A stretch of 64,000 bases of DNA from Selaginella moellendorffii (taxonomy: Eukaryota > Plantae > Lycopodiophyta). The position numbers were made by a program, and so were the translations under genes. The stretch spans positions 1,062,769 through 1,126,768 of the forward strand of contig NW_003314311.1 of the NCBI RefSeq assembly GCF_000143415.4. Reading direction: 5' to 3'. A model generated the notes under the pieces. The model saw nothing but the letters and a program-made list of their open reading frames with translations, was not told the DNA's origin and did no database searches. This document shows positions 1 through 10,100 of the stretch, in pieces. Each line of letters begins with the position of its first letter. Within the stretch, counting starts at the first letter, position 1.

Positions 1-1701
1 CGCAAATGGCATGGTGGCTATGAGTTCTTCAGCCTCGCTCAAGTAACCAGCTCGACTGAGCAATCCCAGCAAGCAGCTGTAATGCTGCTTCTTGTGGGCC
101 ATTTCAAAATCAAAGCAAATCGATCGAAACAAGCTTCTTCCAGAGAACACGTCTCCTTTGTGTGACCACGCCAGGAGCACACACAAAAATGTGACTTCGT
201 CCGGGGTTTCCACAAGGTTCATCTCGTAAAAGAGCTGGATCGCTTCCCTTGACTCTACATTTTGTGCGAAGCCACCAATAATCGAGTTCCAAAGGATTGC
301 ATCTTGGCTTAGCAAGCCTTGAAATGTCCTTTTGGATCGATCGAGATGACCGTTTTTGGCGTATGCAGTAAGCAAGGCAGTCCATGATATTAGATTTCTG
401 ATTTCCATTCTATCAAAAATTAGTTTCGCTTCTTTAAGGTAACCATGTTGTGCGAAGCTTGACAGCATTACATTGTAAGAACTTAGGTCTTTTTCTTGCA
501 TAGAATCAAATAGGCACTTCAATTCCTCCAAATGCCCGGCTTGGGCGTACATATCTAGCATCACATTCCACGAAATTATGGAATGTTCTTCCATTTGATC
601 AAAGATAAGCTTACTGTGCTTAAGATACCCGTTTTGTGCGTAAGCTGACAACAATGATGTTAACGCGTACAAGTTAATCTCGGGCATTCTCTCAAACAGC
701 TCCTTTGCTTTCTCCACTTGGCCGTGTTGGGCAAATGCCGCAATCATTGCCGTCCACGTGTACGTGTTGGTTTCTTTCATAGCATAGAATATTCTTTCGG
801 CATCTTTAGAATGTCCCGATCGCGCGTAAGCTATTAGCATGGCGGTGCACGACACAAGATTCCATTCCGGCATAGAATCGAACATTCTCTTTGCAAAACC
901 CAGATGCCCGCTTTCGGCATATGTTATCATCATGTCCGTCCACGTATAGATGTTCCGTTCCGGAATGGAATCGAACGTCTTTCTGGCATTCATCAGGTGG
1001 CCATTCTGGCCGTACGCCGACATCATGGCCGTCCACGCTACAGTGTCGTGTTCCGGAATGGAATCGAACAGCTCTTTAGCTTCCTGGAGATTCCCCGCCT
1101 GGGCAAATGCCCAAAACAACGCAGTCCAGGAGACGAGATCGCGCTCCGGCATTGCATCGAACAGAGATTTTGCGCGCGCTAGCCTCCCACCACGCGCGTG
1201 CCAAATCAACACCGTCGTCCAGGCCACTAGATCAGTCTCGGGGAATCGATTGAAGAGCTCCTGGGCCTCGTCCAAGAGCCCCAATCGCGTCAGGGCGTTG
1301 AGCAGCAGCGTCCAGGAGACAAGGTCCCTTCCGGGCATCGAATCGAAGAATTGCTTGGCATCGTGGATGCTGCCGATCGACGCCAGTGCGCCCAGCATCG
1401 CATTCATCGCAAAGAGCCCCCATTCCTTCATGGCGTTGTAGACCGCCCAGGCTTCTTCCAGGTGCCCATTGCGGGTGTAGGCCGTGAGGATCGAGTCCCA
1501 GGAGAATTTGTCCCTGCTCTTCATCGCATCGAAGATCAATCGGGCTTGCTGGGCGCTGCCGCATCGCCCATAGGCCTGGATCATCACATTGCAGGTGTAG
1601 CAATCGACGTCCAGGCCGTCGCGACGGATCTGGGCGTGAATTTGATGAGCTTCGGCCAGGGAATTGCAAGACCTAAGCCGCTGGATCAAGGAACCTCCCA
1701 T
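1..1701 (-). CDS. PLS-class pentatricopeptide repeat (PPR) protein, 3' end runs off the window
   Basis: Minus-strand frame from ATG at 1701 (MGGSLIQRLRSCNSLAEAHQIHAQI...YGRCGSAQQARLIFDAM). The same frame at the left end reads ...HYSCLLGLLSRAGYLSEAEELIATMPFA (start of the E region), with repeated SW..L..YA..G motifs. Absent from the ORF track because no stop lies inside the window. Confidence 0.9.
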   Translation of the reverse strand, partial: MGGSLIQRLRSCNSLAEAHQIHAQIRRDGLDVDCYTCNVMIQAYGRCGSAQQARLIFDAMKSRDKFSWDSILTAYTRNGHLEEAWAVYNAMKEWGLFAMNAMLGALASIGSIHDAKQFFDSMPGRDLVSWTLLLNALTRLGLLDEAQELFNRFPETDLVAWTTVLIWHARGGRLARAKSLFDAMPERDLVSWTALFWAFAQAGNLQEAKELFDSIPEHDTVAWTAMMSAYGQNGHLMNARKTFDSIPERNIYTWTDMMITYAESGHLGFAKRMFDSMPEWNLVSCTAMLIAYARSGHSKDAERIFYAMKETNTYTWTAMIAAFAQHGQVEKAKELFERMPEINLYALTSLLSAYAQNGYLKHSKLIFDQMEEHSIISWNVMLDMYAQAGHLEELKCLFDSMQEKDLSSYNVMLSSFAQHGYLKEAKLIFDRMEIRNLISWTALLTAYAKNGHLDRSKRTFQGLLSQDAILWNSIIGGFAQNVESREAIQLFYEMNLVETPDEVTFLCVLLAWSHKGDVFSGRSLFRSICFDFEMAHKKQHYSCLLGLLSRAGYLSEAEELIATMPFA

Positions 1702-1787
1702 GAACGACGGTTGAATATGCCTAGAAGATTCTCTCGGGGCATATACTATTTTTCCCTTGGAAGAAATTTTAGGGTTCCTTAGAGAAA

Positions 1788-2208
1788 ATGAGAGAAACGC
1801 GTTACTCCAGAGTCCCGACGAGCGAGGGATTGAGCCGATCGCAGGGCGGGAGGAGAAATTTTGATGATTATGGCCCTGCTGGCGAGGATCTGCGGTTTAG
1901 GTATGATATCCCCGATCAAGTGCCTTGGAAATCGATCCTGCTAGCAATCGGCTTGCTGCTCTGTGGGACAATTTTCATCGTAATCTCGCATCTGATATTC
2001 ACGGCTCACATCGGCGGAGAGACATCGCAGGCGTTTGGGTTCTTGCTGCTGGGAATTCTAGTTTTTCTACCAGGTAAGGAGTTTTTCCCTTCTTTGAGTT
2101 TCATATCTTGTGTGGCTGCTCGTGGCAGGGTTCTATGAGACGAGGATCGCGTATTACTCGTGGCGTGGGTTCAAAGGGTACTCTTATTCGCGAATTCCAG
2201 CTTATTAG
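1788..2208 (+). CDS. Transmembrane protein 230-like (DUF872) protein, 2 exons (1788-2073, 2129-2208)
   Basis: VPWKSILLAIGLLLCG...LLGILVFLPG|FYETRIAYYSWRGFKGYSYSRIPAY* after removing a 55-nt GT-AG intron (2074-2128). Two hydrophobic helices and the PGFY..RIAY..W.G..GYS motif typical of the family. Confidence 0.85.
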
Positions 2209-2324
2209 CTAGGAGGTACTTGTGTCTATCCTTTCTCGATTTCTCTTAACTCTGAATCTCAATGTATTTTATGCTTCTTCCATCTAGAGTGCTTTTTCCA
2301 TTTCATCTAGAGCTTTTCTTCCAT

Positions 2325-3478
2325 CTAAAGTGTGCACTGTGCTACCTTCTCTACAAGGAACCCGGTTTCTTGAGAGCCTTCAGCAGACCATAGGAACATC
2401 CCCGGTACTTTGCGTGTCTTTTTTATCTCTTCCACAGCTTTGAAAAATTCCGCTCCTTGCACTCCTCGTCCCGAAGTCCCGTCGATTTCTAGACTGACCA
2501 TCAGCTTGTTCTCGTCGAATCCCTGGGCTATCCAGTGATAGAGTTGCACGTAGTCGTATGCATTGGTGACGTTGCTGTAGGAGTAGAACTGGAAGTTGAT
2601 GTAGTCGAACTGGTCGCCATAGTACCGGAGGAGGCTCCGGTAGTAAGGGGCCGAAGCTCCGTAAGGTGCGATGGTGGCAACGCTGATCACTTTGTTCCTC
2701 TTGAGAGCCTTGATCAGTTCTCCGATGCAAAACGGGAAGAGACGTAAGTTGCTTGGGTCGTCCATGCTTTCGTAGTCGATGTCGACGCCGTCCAGGTGAT
2801 ACTTTTGCACGAGCGCGCTAATGGACTTGACTGCGTTGTCGATCCACAGGTCGGCGTCGGAGGGGTCATACCAGCGAACGATCCAAGGATCCGACTGACC
2901 ATCGACTTGTAAGCTGTAGCCAGCCAGACTGAGCAGGACTTTGACGTTTTGGTGCTTGGATTTTATCGCAGAGACGCTCTCTGGCGTGAGACCATCACTC
3001 CAGTAGCTGATGAAGCTCCCGTTTTGAACGATTCCGGAACGATTTGCGTCGATGGCGAAGGAGAGGATGAAAAAGTGGTCGACATCTGGTGACACTGGAA
3101 CGTCGTCGAAGGCGGTGGAGTTTCCCATAGCACCAATGTAATCCATGACCACGGGGCGTTGGCCGTATCTGGGAGAAACCAGTTTTCGGAAGCAGGAAGA
3201 AGCACAGATCTCCTCGCCAACGATCAAGCTGCTGCAGTTCGTCTTGGGATTGAGGAGCATGAAGTCTTGGAGTGTCAAGTTAAGAGCTTGACTGAGCGAC
3301 AGACAAGTGTCTCCCTTCTCGATCTCCCGCAACTTGCCACAGGTATGTGCTCCACCTGCTGATTCATGGCAGGGTAAAACCACAGCTTTGAGACCAGTTG
3401 CTAAGAAAAAATGGACTTACAGGTGATGGCGGCAACCAGGAAGCACGCAACGAAGAGCGGTGGCTTCATCTCCATCAT
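2325..3478 (-). CDS. Secreted LysM-domain GH18 (class IIIb / narbonin-like) chitinase
   Basis: Signal-peptide exon MMEMKPPLFVACFLVAAIT (3421-3478), short intron, Cys-flanked LysM (CGKLREIEKGDTCLSLSQALNLTLQDFMLLNPKTNCSSLIVGEEIC), then a GH18 barrel with HFFILSFAID, NVKVLLSLAG and intact catalytic LDGVDIDYE (DxDxE). Confidence 0.9.
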
Positions 3479-4096
3479 CCGTACAAGACAAAAGGTACGA
3501 AGTTTTATCTTCCTCTCGTTCTTAAGTCGTGGATTTTATAGAGGTTTGTAAGCGAATGCTGTTTTTTTGCAGGCGGCGGCCGTGAGAATCTGGCAATAGA
3601 GTAAGCGAGCTCGCGAAGCTGTTAAGTTGGAGAAGAGGAGAAGAGAGAATCATCTTGCGGAAGCATTGAATCTGGGCAGTGTTTTTTGCGACAAAGGTTC
3701 CAAAAACTGGGACGATGGATTGGTAAGATTTTTGGATCCACACTGTCTGTCCGCAGCTGTTCAAACACTGTGGGTTTGACAAGTGTTGGATGTTCGTAGC
3801 GCTGCTGCTCAATCCTTTTCTTCCTCCAGGTTTGTTGTATTGTTTGCTTTGCTGAGGAAAAAACAATTCGATGAACTCCAAACTTCTTAATGTTTAATGT
3901 ATCCAGGAATCCATTTTAACACTAATCAAGTATAACAACACTTAAAAGCAAACTAATCCAGGCTTTAAAAAACTAATTTAAAATCTAGTCATCCATTTAA
4001 ACAACGCTTAGGTGAAATTAATCTGATTAAAACAGAATTAATCCAGTTTAACTAAATGCGAGCATATACCAGAGCTTGACAGAAAATATTCTTATT

Positions 4097-5893
4097 TCAA
4101 ATTTCTCGGTTTTGCGCGCCAGACGCCGCCCAGCGAAGAACCACCGATCGCAGCACCTGGGCAGTCGCGCTCGCCGGATTGGCATCCACGAATTGCTGCG
4201 CCGCCGCCACCGCCCTCGTCACTTGCCCATGGATCTGGAAGATGCCCACAAACCCCACCCACGCCACCTCGTCGGGCAAATAGGGCATGGCGGCCATGAG
4301 CTCCTCGGCGCGATCCAGCTGCCCCACTCGCCCTAGCGCCTCCATCACGCAGCAGTAGTGCTCCAGCCGCGGCGCGATCGAATAGTCGCTCGCCATCGCC
4401 TGGAAGATCGATCGGCTCTCTTCCACGAGCCCGGCGTGGGCGCATCCATTGAGCGCGCCCAGGAAGGAGCCGTCGGACGGGGAGGACGATCCCTCGAGCA
4501 GCATCGCGTGGAGCAGCGCGACGGCGTCGGCGCCATTGCCGAATTGCGCGTGCGCGGCGATGATCGCGTTCCAGGCCGCGAGATTGCGGTGTTCTTGGGG
4601 TTCTTGGCCCTGTTCTTGGCGATCTTGGAGCGCTAGGGTTTGGAAGATCTCGTGCGCTTGATCCAGGCGGCCGTTCTGCGCGTAGGCGGTGATGATCGCG
4701 GCCCAGGTGTTGGAATCCTGCTGTGGCATCGCGTCGAAGATCTGCCTCGCGGTCTCGGTGTTCTTGCCCAGCGACAGGGATGTGATGAGGCAATTCCAGG
4801 ACGCGATGCTCTGGGCGGGCATTCGATCGAAGATGGCTTTGGATTCCTGGTAGCACTGCGCGTGCGCGGTGATGAGCGCGTTCCAGGCCACGAGATCGCG
4901 CTGGGGCATGGCGGAGAAGAGGGATTTCGTGGCGGCCAGGTCGCCGCGCTGCGATCGCGCTAGCAAGATCATCGTCCAGGAGACCACATTCCGGGCGGGC
5001 AATCGCTGGAACGCCTCTTCCGCTGTAGCGAAATGATTCGAGGACTGGAGGAGAGTCTGGATGAGCGAGCTCCACGCTACCACATCTCTTCCGGGCATTT
5101 GATCGAAAGCTTTCTTCGCCGCGGCCGGATTGGAGCTCGCTCCATGCGCCGTGACGATCGCATTCCAGGCCCAGGCATCGCGAGCAGGCATGAGCTCGAA
5201 AATCTCCACCGCGCGGTGGATCTGCCCAGCGGCGATCACCGCCTGGATCACGCTGCTCCACGATGCAATGCTTCGATCGGGGCAGTCGTGGAAGATCCCC
5301 TGCGCGGCATCCGGGTTGTCAAGGCAAGCCGAGAGGATCGCGTTCCAAGAGACGCCATCGCGGGCGGGCATGCGATCAAACGCTCTATTGGCGAGATGGG
5401 TATCCCCCTTTTGGGCATTTGCTGCGACGAGTGAGTTCCAGGAGCGAAGATCTCTCTCGGGCATGAAATCAAAGGTGTTCTTCACGTCCGAGAGATTGGA
5501 TCCCAGCGAGAAAGCCCAGATCATGGTGTTGGACGAGACAGAATCGCGGCGCGGCATTCGATCGAAGGTGTTCTTGGCGTGGCCCAGATGCCCATTGCGG
5601 GCATACGCGGCGATCATCATGTTCCAGGAGGAAAGGCCTGGATGGCGCATCTGGGAGAAGACGAGCCGGGCGTCCTCCACGCTGCCGCACTTGCCATACA
5701 TTTGGAGGAGGAGTTCGTCCAGGAGCTTGTCCCCGTTGTGATCGCTGTGGAGGATCTCGAAGTGGAGCGCCCGGCCGGTGGCCAGATCGTTGGCTCTTGC
5801 GCATGATTTGAGGAGGGTGGCGAAACTCTCCCTGGTGGATTCAACCTGGAAGAAGCTCTTGCCTCCCGTGGTTGATCGAAGGCAAGTTTGCAT
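4097..5893 (-). CDS. PLS-class PPR protein with E extension (598 aa)
   Basis: Tandem FDRMP.RD..SWN repeats; C-terminal HYCCVMEALGRVGQLDRAEELMAAMPYLPDEVAW; no DYW. Confidence 0.92.
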   Translation of the reverse strand: MQTCLRSTTGGKSFFQVESTRESFATLLKSCARANDLATGRALHFEILHSDHNGDKLLDELLLQMYGKCGSVEDARLVFSQMRHPGLSSWNMMIAAYARNGHLGHAKNTFDRMPRRDSVSSNTMIWAFSLGSNLSDVKNTFDFMPERDLRSWNSLVAANAQKGDTHLANRAFDRMPARDGVSWNAILSACLDNPDAAQGIFHDCPDRSIASWSSVIQAVIAAGQIHRAVEIFELMPARDAWAWNAIVTAHGASSNPAAAKKAFDQMPGRDVVAWSSLIQTLLQSSNHFATAEEAFQRLPARNVVSWTMILLARSQRGDLAATKSLFSAMPQRDLVAWNALITAHAQCYQESKAIFDRMPAQSIASWNCLITSLSLGKNTETARQIFDAMPQQDSNTWAAIITAYAQNGRLDQAHEIFQTLALQDRQEQGQEPQEHRNLAAWNAIIAAHAQFGNGADAVALLHAMLLEGSSSPSDGSFLGALNGCAHAGLVEESRSIFQAMASDYSIAPRLEHYCCVMEALGRVGQLDRAEELMAAMPYLPDEVAWVGFVGIFQIHGQVTRAVAAAQQFVDANPASATAQVLRSVVLRWAASGAQNREI

Positions 5894-5989
5894 CTAGACG
5901 AACTCATCTCTTATAAGATATTTGGATACTAAAAGATTTTTAAAGGTTTGCTGTTACAAGCGCTATAAGGAATTTGGAGCCTCGCTAGA

Positions 5990-6335
5990 TTGATTTTTCT
6001 CCTCGAACTTTGGGAGTTTAGAAGCTCAAGGCTTTGAACCGAGAGCTTGTGCTCAGGTGATGGAGCTCGACGTTCAGGTGGAGAGGCCTTCTCAGTAGTG
6101 GAAGACATGGGGCTCATTCTCAGAAACATGCATGCTCAATTCACTCAAACCACACCAGAAAAAATCTCATTTCTCTTCTTCCTTTCTGTTGGCATTGTTC
6201 TAGACACATATAATTCGTATTCTATAGAGACACAAGTGCAAGGAAGCCATGGAAGAAGTTGTGTTCATATTTTTTCTAGGAGCACAACTTAGCCAGCAAA
6301 GAATGCTCTGGTTTGCGTTTTCTCCGTGGTGAGAA
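5990..6335 (-). repeat. Copy 1 of a dispersed ~0.35-0.45 kb decayed coding-like segment (also at ~13500-13740 + and ~29720-30135 +)
   Basis: Shared core GAGCACAA..T.TCGGTTCAAAGCCTTGAGCT..(T)AAACTCCCAAA in all three copies. CCACGGAGAAAAC...AGCATTCTTTGCTGG and GCATGTTTCTGAGAATGAG..CCCA...TGAGAAGGCCTCTCCACC are shared with the 29.7-30.1 kb copy. Confidence 0.75.
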
Positions 6336-6669
6336 TTCTTGCTTCACATTCTGACTTTCGTTACCTATTCAGCGAATAAAAGGGAACAAGCTGCGACGGA
6401 CAATATGCTAAACGAGATCCTTTTACTTCAAGTTCAACCAGATTACGTGTCCAAACGAGCTCAGTCATATTCCGTCTGTGACGTATTTGCCTTCATTTCC
6501 ATCCTCCGGACCAATGCAGAACACAACAGCTAAAGCATAGTATGCTTGTTTCAAAGATGGTGCGTCGTTTCCATAGAAGAGCTCCACCAATCTGTGCCAA
6601 AAGATAGAACACCTTTTCTGCAACAAAACAAAAACAATGAAGAGAGAAAAAAAAGAAAAGAAGGAGCAA

Positions 6670-6940
6670 CCTTCTCGAGCTCAAAGCGCGCAAGCTTGAG
6701 CACCGGGAAGCGCTGCAATCGCTGCATGTCGATGATCGCCGCTGCAAAGGAGAGAGGAGAATAAATGCCAGGGTTCGATCGGCTAGGGTGAGCTCACCGT
6801 GAAGGAATTTGCCCACGATTCGCACGATTCTCCTGCCCTGCTTGTCGCGGCCATGGACGCGAATTAGCTGGAGCGCTTCCAGGTCATCGAATGCGCCGCT
6901 CGCATCTGATTCCACGGCTTGAATCTCGGCCCCATCTTCA
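6670..6940 (-). pseudogene. Fragment of a CRAL-TRIO/BCH (Sec14-like, GDAP2/RhoGAP-related) domain gene
   Basis: FDDLEALQLIRVHGRDKQGRRIVRIVGKFL, then GT-AG intron and a short second exon (AAIIDMQRLQRF). No in-frame ATG and no recognisable remainder of the domain. Confidence 0.6.
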
Positions 6941-7115
6941 TGAATTTATTTTTTCTTAGATGGCCAGAGATCCTCAGCTATATCAACTGCGGCATTGATG
7001 CGATATCTTCCTCTTGCTCTCGGATTATCGGCATACACTGCAGCAAGAACAGCAGCTCACGGGACATGAACGGATATTCGTTTTATATATGACTAAACCT
7101 TAAACCCTAGTAGGG

Positions 7116-10100
7116 CTAGATGCGAAGATTTCCAATGCCGGTATGATCGCTGTAGAGCGCGTGGTCGCTCCCATCGATCGTCGAGTGCGTGTTCCCAGCA
7201 GCTGATTGATGATGCTCGCCGCCGATGATCGATCCACAGTCAGGGCACTGCGATGTCTGCATTGGGCCGCCGCATTCTCCCACAACATAGACATGACCGT
7301 TTGGACACTGGTACCAGTGCCCTCTGGCTGAGAACTCGGCGCTCACGGCTTCCACTACCTGGTGAGTTAGTCGTTTCTCCGCCATTTCTTTCAAGCGTTT
7401 GGCGCTACCGTTGGTGCTGTCGTGCTTGAGAACGATCTCACAGAGTCTCACAGCGTCGGAGAATTCTGTCAGGCTTGTCAGTGCCGATCCCCACTGGATG
7501 AGCGCTTGGATCGTGAGAGACCGGCTTGGAGCTGCGACAAAGCTCAAGTCTAAGCTGCTGGGGACCGGAGTGTATGGCCTCTTGAGTCGTGGCACTGGCA
7601 AACTTCGGATATCTGCGGCAAGGCTGCTTCTCTTGGCTATAAATCGGAGGTGAGTAACTGCGTACCCGAATTCTTTCAAGCCGCATAGAGCTTGAGCCAT
7701 TCCAAGGTGTGCTTCGAAGTTCCCGGGCTGGTTTTTGATGACTTCCGCAAAAATTTGGAATGCCTGCCTGTATTCTTTCCTGCTTAGCATGGCCATTCCT
7801 GCTCTTGTCTGCTCATGTCCATAAACTTTCATCTTGACGAGCTCTATCTGATGCAGTTTTTTCTTCACTACGTTCGCATAGCGGAAAGACTTCCGAACAG
7901 GCGTCTTGCATGCGGGGCTGCAAAGAAACAAAAGAATAGATTAACATCGAATCAAGGTGGTCAACTTACCAGAACTTAAGGACGATTGCTTTGGAAGAAG
8001 TTTCCGCACTGTCATCCATATCCATCCATTGATCCAGTCCAGTTACTTCGAAGATGTGGCCGCAGTCCAGAAGCTCCACGAATCTGTCGGAACTCTCGCA
8101 TTCCTCCAACGTCAGCTGTGTGATTGCATCGAAAGTACCAGGTTGGCAAACGCGGCAGGCACTTGGGCAAGGCTCTCCACACAGGCCGATGCAGGGATGA
8201 CCACAGACGAGCCGCTTCGTGCATGGTCTGTCACAGCGTGGTCTCTGGCAGATCTCGCAGCAGAGAAGCGTGCAACTGAAGTGCCGGCAGTTCCAGGAAC
8301 AAGGCTCGAGGCACTGCTTGCATGGTGCTCCACAGATGGCGGCGCATCTGCTGTGCAAGCAGCGTTTCTGGCAAGGCTCCGAGCAAGGTGGACATGAAGC
8401 GGAGCACCTCGCTTTGCATTGGTGTCCGCAAAAGAGATCTCTTTTGCACGGCCGCTGGCATGGTATGTGTTCCGTTCCTTGCTTGCATTTACCACATGTT
8501 CCTTCACATCTGTGTTCGCAGTCTGGAAGGATATCTCTGCACGGCTTAAGGCAGGAAAACGTCCGTGGATCTTGAGGACACATCATCTTCGTCGCATGGC
8601 CGCAGGGCAGTTCTTTGTGGACAACTTGCCTGCACGACTTTGCACACGGCAATCCGCAAGGCTCCGGACAGGCATGGCCGCATGAGAGTAACTTCTTGCA
8701 TGGACTCCGACAAGTAAGTTTCGCAGGATCAGTCGAACACGGCACTGATTGTTCGTGTCCGCAGGTTGGAAGCGTCTTCAGCACCGGTTCTTTGCATGGC
8801 GGACAGGCCGGGTCTTCCCTCCCGTGGCAAGACTTCACGCAACGATGGGTGCATCCGTCATATGGCTTGAGGCACATCTTCGGACATATAAAAGTGTCGT
8901 GAGATTCCGGGTGACACCTTCTCGGGCAGGCATGGCCACACTCCAGCTGATATTCACAGGGTCTGCTGCAGCCACCATCGCCAACCTGGAGAAAATCCTC
9001 GGGATGCTGCACGCTCGTTTCCACACCTGGATGGTTCTGGCAGCAGAGGACGAGCTTGGAGCCCATAAGTCCGTCTTGGTGGAGACCGTGAAGTATGCCT
9101 TTCCAGAGAGGACTTTTGAGCGCCAGCAGCTGTGCATTCCCAAAGATATACAGTCCCTTGCGAGCTCTGGAGAGCGCCACGCAGACGCGGTTGCCAGTTT
9201 TGAGGAAACCAATGGTGCCTTCGTCTTCCTTACCAGGTACCAGGTTGCTCCGGACCAGCGACAACAGAATGATATCGTTTTCTTCTCCCTGAAAATCATC
9301 CACACTGGACACTCTCGGCATCCAACTATCCGTGGCTTCTGAGTTTTCGGCTTCAGGTCCAAGCGGTCTTCCCGTTACCCGGCGACACTGAAAGCGGTCT
9401 TTCAGCCTTCTGCTTATCTCCTGGACCTGTCCCTTGTACATGGTCAGTATCGTTATATCTCCTGGGGCGTATGCTTCTTGTTTGAGGAGATAGCTGCAGA
9501 GCTCCACAACAAGCTTGGCCTCCGCAAGGTTGACTTTACTTCCAGCTTCGTGACCGGCTTCTTCAGGTGCATTGTGATCGAGGAAGAACAAACTCGACTT
9601 GACTCCCTTCACGTCCTCATACTCGAGTACAGAAGGGTGGTTCCTCAGCTGTGGATAGATGGACGAGATCAGCTTCGCAATGCAAGGCTTCATCCTCCTC
9701 TGCGTCTTCAGTATGGTGTGCTCGACTCCGCTCTGTACCAGCCTCTCAAACATGGAAACGTCCAACTTATGCCTCTGAGCCAGCCTGAAGGTGGCGACCG
9801 ATGGCCGCAGCTGCAAGTGGTCGCCGATGAGGATCAGATGTTTGGTATACGGGCTTATGCAAGCAAGGATGTGGCTCTCCAGTACCTCTGCTGCTTCTTC
9901 CACGACCACAATCTCAGGTTTGAGCGCTACGAGAATGTCATGCAAACGAGCAGCGGCGGTCGTGGTCATTCCGATGACTTTCGCCCTCCTCAGCAAACTC
10001 AACTGGACCTCACTATCTGCTGCCTTGCACTCAATGCAAGCGGCCTCATACTCCTGTTTGAACCTGGTAAGTTCTTTCTGAGCGTTGGCATGTATCTCAT

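Noticed and set aside
4092-5907. Many long overlapping or antisense ORFs on PPR, ZNFX1 and MADS genes (e.g. 4092-5261, 9478-10488, 30576-31496)
   Set aside because: Shadow ORFs expected from GC-rich codon usage; Arg/Pro/Ala-rich with no recognisable motifs.
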